Source: Archangium sp.
GTDB lineage: Bacteria > Myxococcota > Myxococcia > Myxococcales > Myxococcaceae
Length of the DNA stretch: 17,166 nt
Assembly: GCA_031367385.1 (NCBI GenBank)
Contig: JANLPS010000247.1
Location: forward strand, 1 to 17,166
Reading direction: 5' to 3'
Below the pieces are notes generated by a model. That model saw only the letters and a list, made by a program, of their open reading frames with translations. It was not told the DNA's origin and did not search any database. A program made the position numbers and the translations under genes. Positions 16,024 to 17,166 of the stretch are shown one piece after another. The number at the start of each line of letters is the position of its first letter. Within the stretch, counting starts at the first letter, position 1.

Positions 16024-16057
16024 TATTCATCGGTATTTATCGGGTGATTTATTTCGG
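16024..16057. promoter_or_regulatory. AT-rich tandem direct repeats (candidate operator) between divergent genes
   Basis: TATTCATCGG (16024-16033), TATTTATCGG (16034-16043) and a degenerate TTATTTCGG (16049-16057). Confidence 0.45.
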
Positions 16058-16107
16058 TCAGAAGCCGAACGAATTCAGAGCGTTGCGAGAACCGAGGAGC
16101 GCTCTCG

Positions 16108-16356
16108 ATGGGCGAGGGTCAGCGCATGAGCACCGCGGCGGAGAAGCGATTGGCCACGCGCCAAGTACACTGGAGCGGGGGCGGCGTTTCTTCGAGAGAG
16201 GCCAGCGCGCTCGGAGCCCGCTTTTGGGCTGGCGTCTCACCGATTGACCGTCTGCACGCCGCCTTCGAGATGGTGAGCAGCTGGTATGCTGACGCCCCCG
16301 ACAATGAAGCTCCCGCCCGACGTGACCGACTTGCTACGGGAGTTCGCCGCCGCTGA
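16108..16356 (+). CDS. Small partner of the nucleotidyltransferase (TA-like pair); alternative start at 16126
   Basis: GAGGAG RBS at 16094-16099. Motif FWAGVSPIDRLHAAFEM resembles the FWxxxSPxERLxA proteins I recall upstream of this NTase family. Overlaps the NTase start by 53 nt. Confidence 0.72.
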   Translation: MGEGQRMSTAAEKRLATRQVHWSGGGVSSREASALGARFWAGVSPIDRLHAAFEMVSSWYADAPDNEAPARRDRLATGVRRR

Positions 16357-16762
16357 GGTCAGGTATCTGCTCATCGGTGGCTACGCAGTCGCGGTTCACG
16401 GCGAGCCCCGCTTCACCAAAGGCGTCGGCCTCTGGCTCGCCGGCGATGCACCCAACGTTGCGCGGGCCCGCGACGCGCTGGTTCGTTTCGGGGCGCCGCA
16501 CAGCACGATCGATGCCTGGCTCGAAACAGAGGGGCTCGATGTCGCGTGGATGGGCCAACCCCCGGTGCGCATCGACCTGATGAAACAGGTGCCAGGAGGC
16601 GACTTCGACGCCGCGTATGGGCGTCGGCTGGTCGCTGCCGAAGGTGACCTCGCCATTGATGTGATCGGTCGCGCTGATTTGGTCAGCTTGAAGAAGGCGT
16701 CTGGTCGGCCGCAAGATCTGCTCGACGTCAGCGCGCTCGAATCGCTCGGAGAGCTGCCTTGA
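16304..16762 (+). CDS. Pol-beta-superfamily nucleotidyltransferase (DUF6036/AbiEii-like), predicted catalytically inactive
   Basis: YLLIGGYAVAVHGEPRFTK, VRIDLM and C-terminal KKASGRPQDLLD motifs. The expected RxTxDxD reads RFTKGVG. Confidence 0.85.
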   Translation: MKLPPDVTDLLREFAAAEVRYLLIGGYAVAVHGEPRFTKGVGLWLAGDAPNVARARDALVRFGAPHSTIDAWLETEGLDVAWMGQPPVRIDLMKQVPGGDFDAAYGRRLVAAEGDLAIDVIGRADLVSLKKASGRPQDLLDVSALESLGELP

Positions 16763-16923
16763 ACGCTCGGTCATGTTCCGGCGTCGGTGGGCGCCGTGGC
16801 GAAGCAGTCCTGGTCGCGGCGGCGCAGGTGCCGTGGCCCCGCATGACGAAGCGAGAGGGAGCTCGCATGCTCTTTGGGTGAGCGGAGTTTTGGTTAGCCT
16901 CCGCGCTGCCGACAAAGACGAGC

Positions 16924-16977
16924 CCCTTCGCCGCGAGCGCCAGTGGCCAGAGTGACGACGTGTCGCCGGGCGAAGGG
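16924..16977. other. Imperfect hairpin directly before an abrupt AT-rich block
   Basis: CCCTTCGCC (16924-16932) pairs with GGCGAAGGG (16969-16977), extended by GCGA/TCGC after a 2-nt bulge. Confidence 0.4.
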
Positions 16978-17019
16978 TAATATCAGTATTAAAAAAGAAT
17001 TGATCTATCACGCAGGACC

Positions 17020-17166
17020 GCTGACTGGAAAGACGAAGCCGGCAACCTCCCCGAGGACAAGGTCGACCAACTCCGCCAGATTCAGGACGACTACAACACG
17101 AAGCGCTCGGAAATCTTCACCAACGCTCCCGGCGGCGCGATGCTACCCGAAGATCGGCAAAAGATG
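17020..17166 (+). pseudogene. Coding-like fragment with no standard start codon, running off the window
   Basis: Reads ADWKDEAGNLPEDKVDQLRQIQDDYNTKRSEIFTNAPGGAMLPEDRQKM with coding-like codon use. In-frame TAA at 16990-16992 and no ATG/GTG/TTG between it and this segment. Confidence 0.5.

Noticed and set aside
16773..16955. 60-aa ORF after the NTase, and the 225-aa minus-strand ORF 16334..17011
   Set aside because: Atypical codon use and no motifs. The latter overlaps the NTase antisense and spans the compositional junction.
16924..17010. Integron attC/attI, dif site or IS terminal repeat
   Set aside because: No RYYYAAC...GTTRRRY cores, no XerC/XerD dif match, and no partner inverted repeat or recombinase in the window.
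1..17166. CRISPR array, tRNA, rRNA or riboswitch
   Set aside because: No regularly spaced direct repeats or cas genes, and no cloverleaf or rRNA-like segment. Intergenic gaps are short; a covariance-model search would be needed to exclude small RNAs fully.

Overview
GC-rich bacterial DNA, probably Myxococcota (Myxococcaceae/Archangiaceae-like, judged from gene content). Left to right: (i) the 5' end of a secreted-protein gene and a VWA-like lipoprotein with DxDxDG repeats, resembling the myxobacterial Mts cohesion cluster; (ii) two membrane-associated hypothetical genes bracketed by two unrelated REP/REPIN-like palindromes; (iii) a compact three-gene operon around a soluble FtsH-like protein (degenerate AAA + active AAA + M41 peptidase) with two small partners resembling FtsH ternary-system accessory proteins, with no MoxR or cytoplasmic vWA gene nearby; (iv) a NitT/TauT-type ABC cassette with two ~83%-identical binding proteins, one free and one membrane-anchored with an OmpA-like C-terminal domain, preceded by a sigma-54-like promoter and flanked by two paralogous lipoprotein genes; (v) secreted and hypothetical proteins; (vi) a small-partner/nucleotidyltransferase pair whose DxD motif reads GxG; (vii) a mosaic 3' end that may be chimeric. 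No rRNA, tRNA, CRISPR array, transposase, integrase or reverse transcriptase was seen. Family assignments come from motif reading and memory, not database searches.
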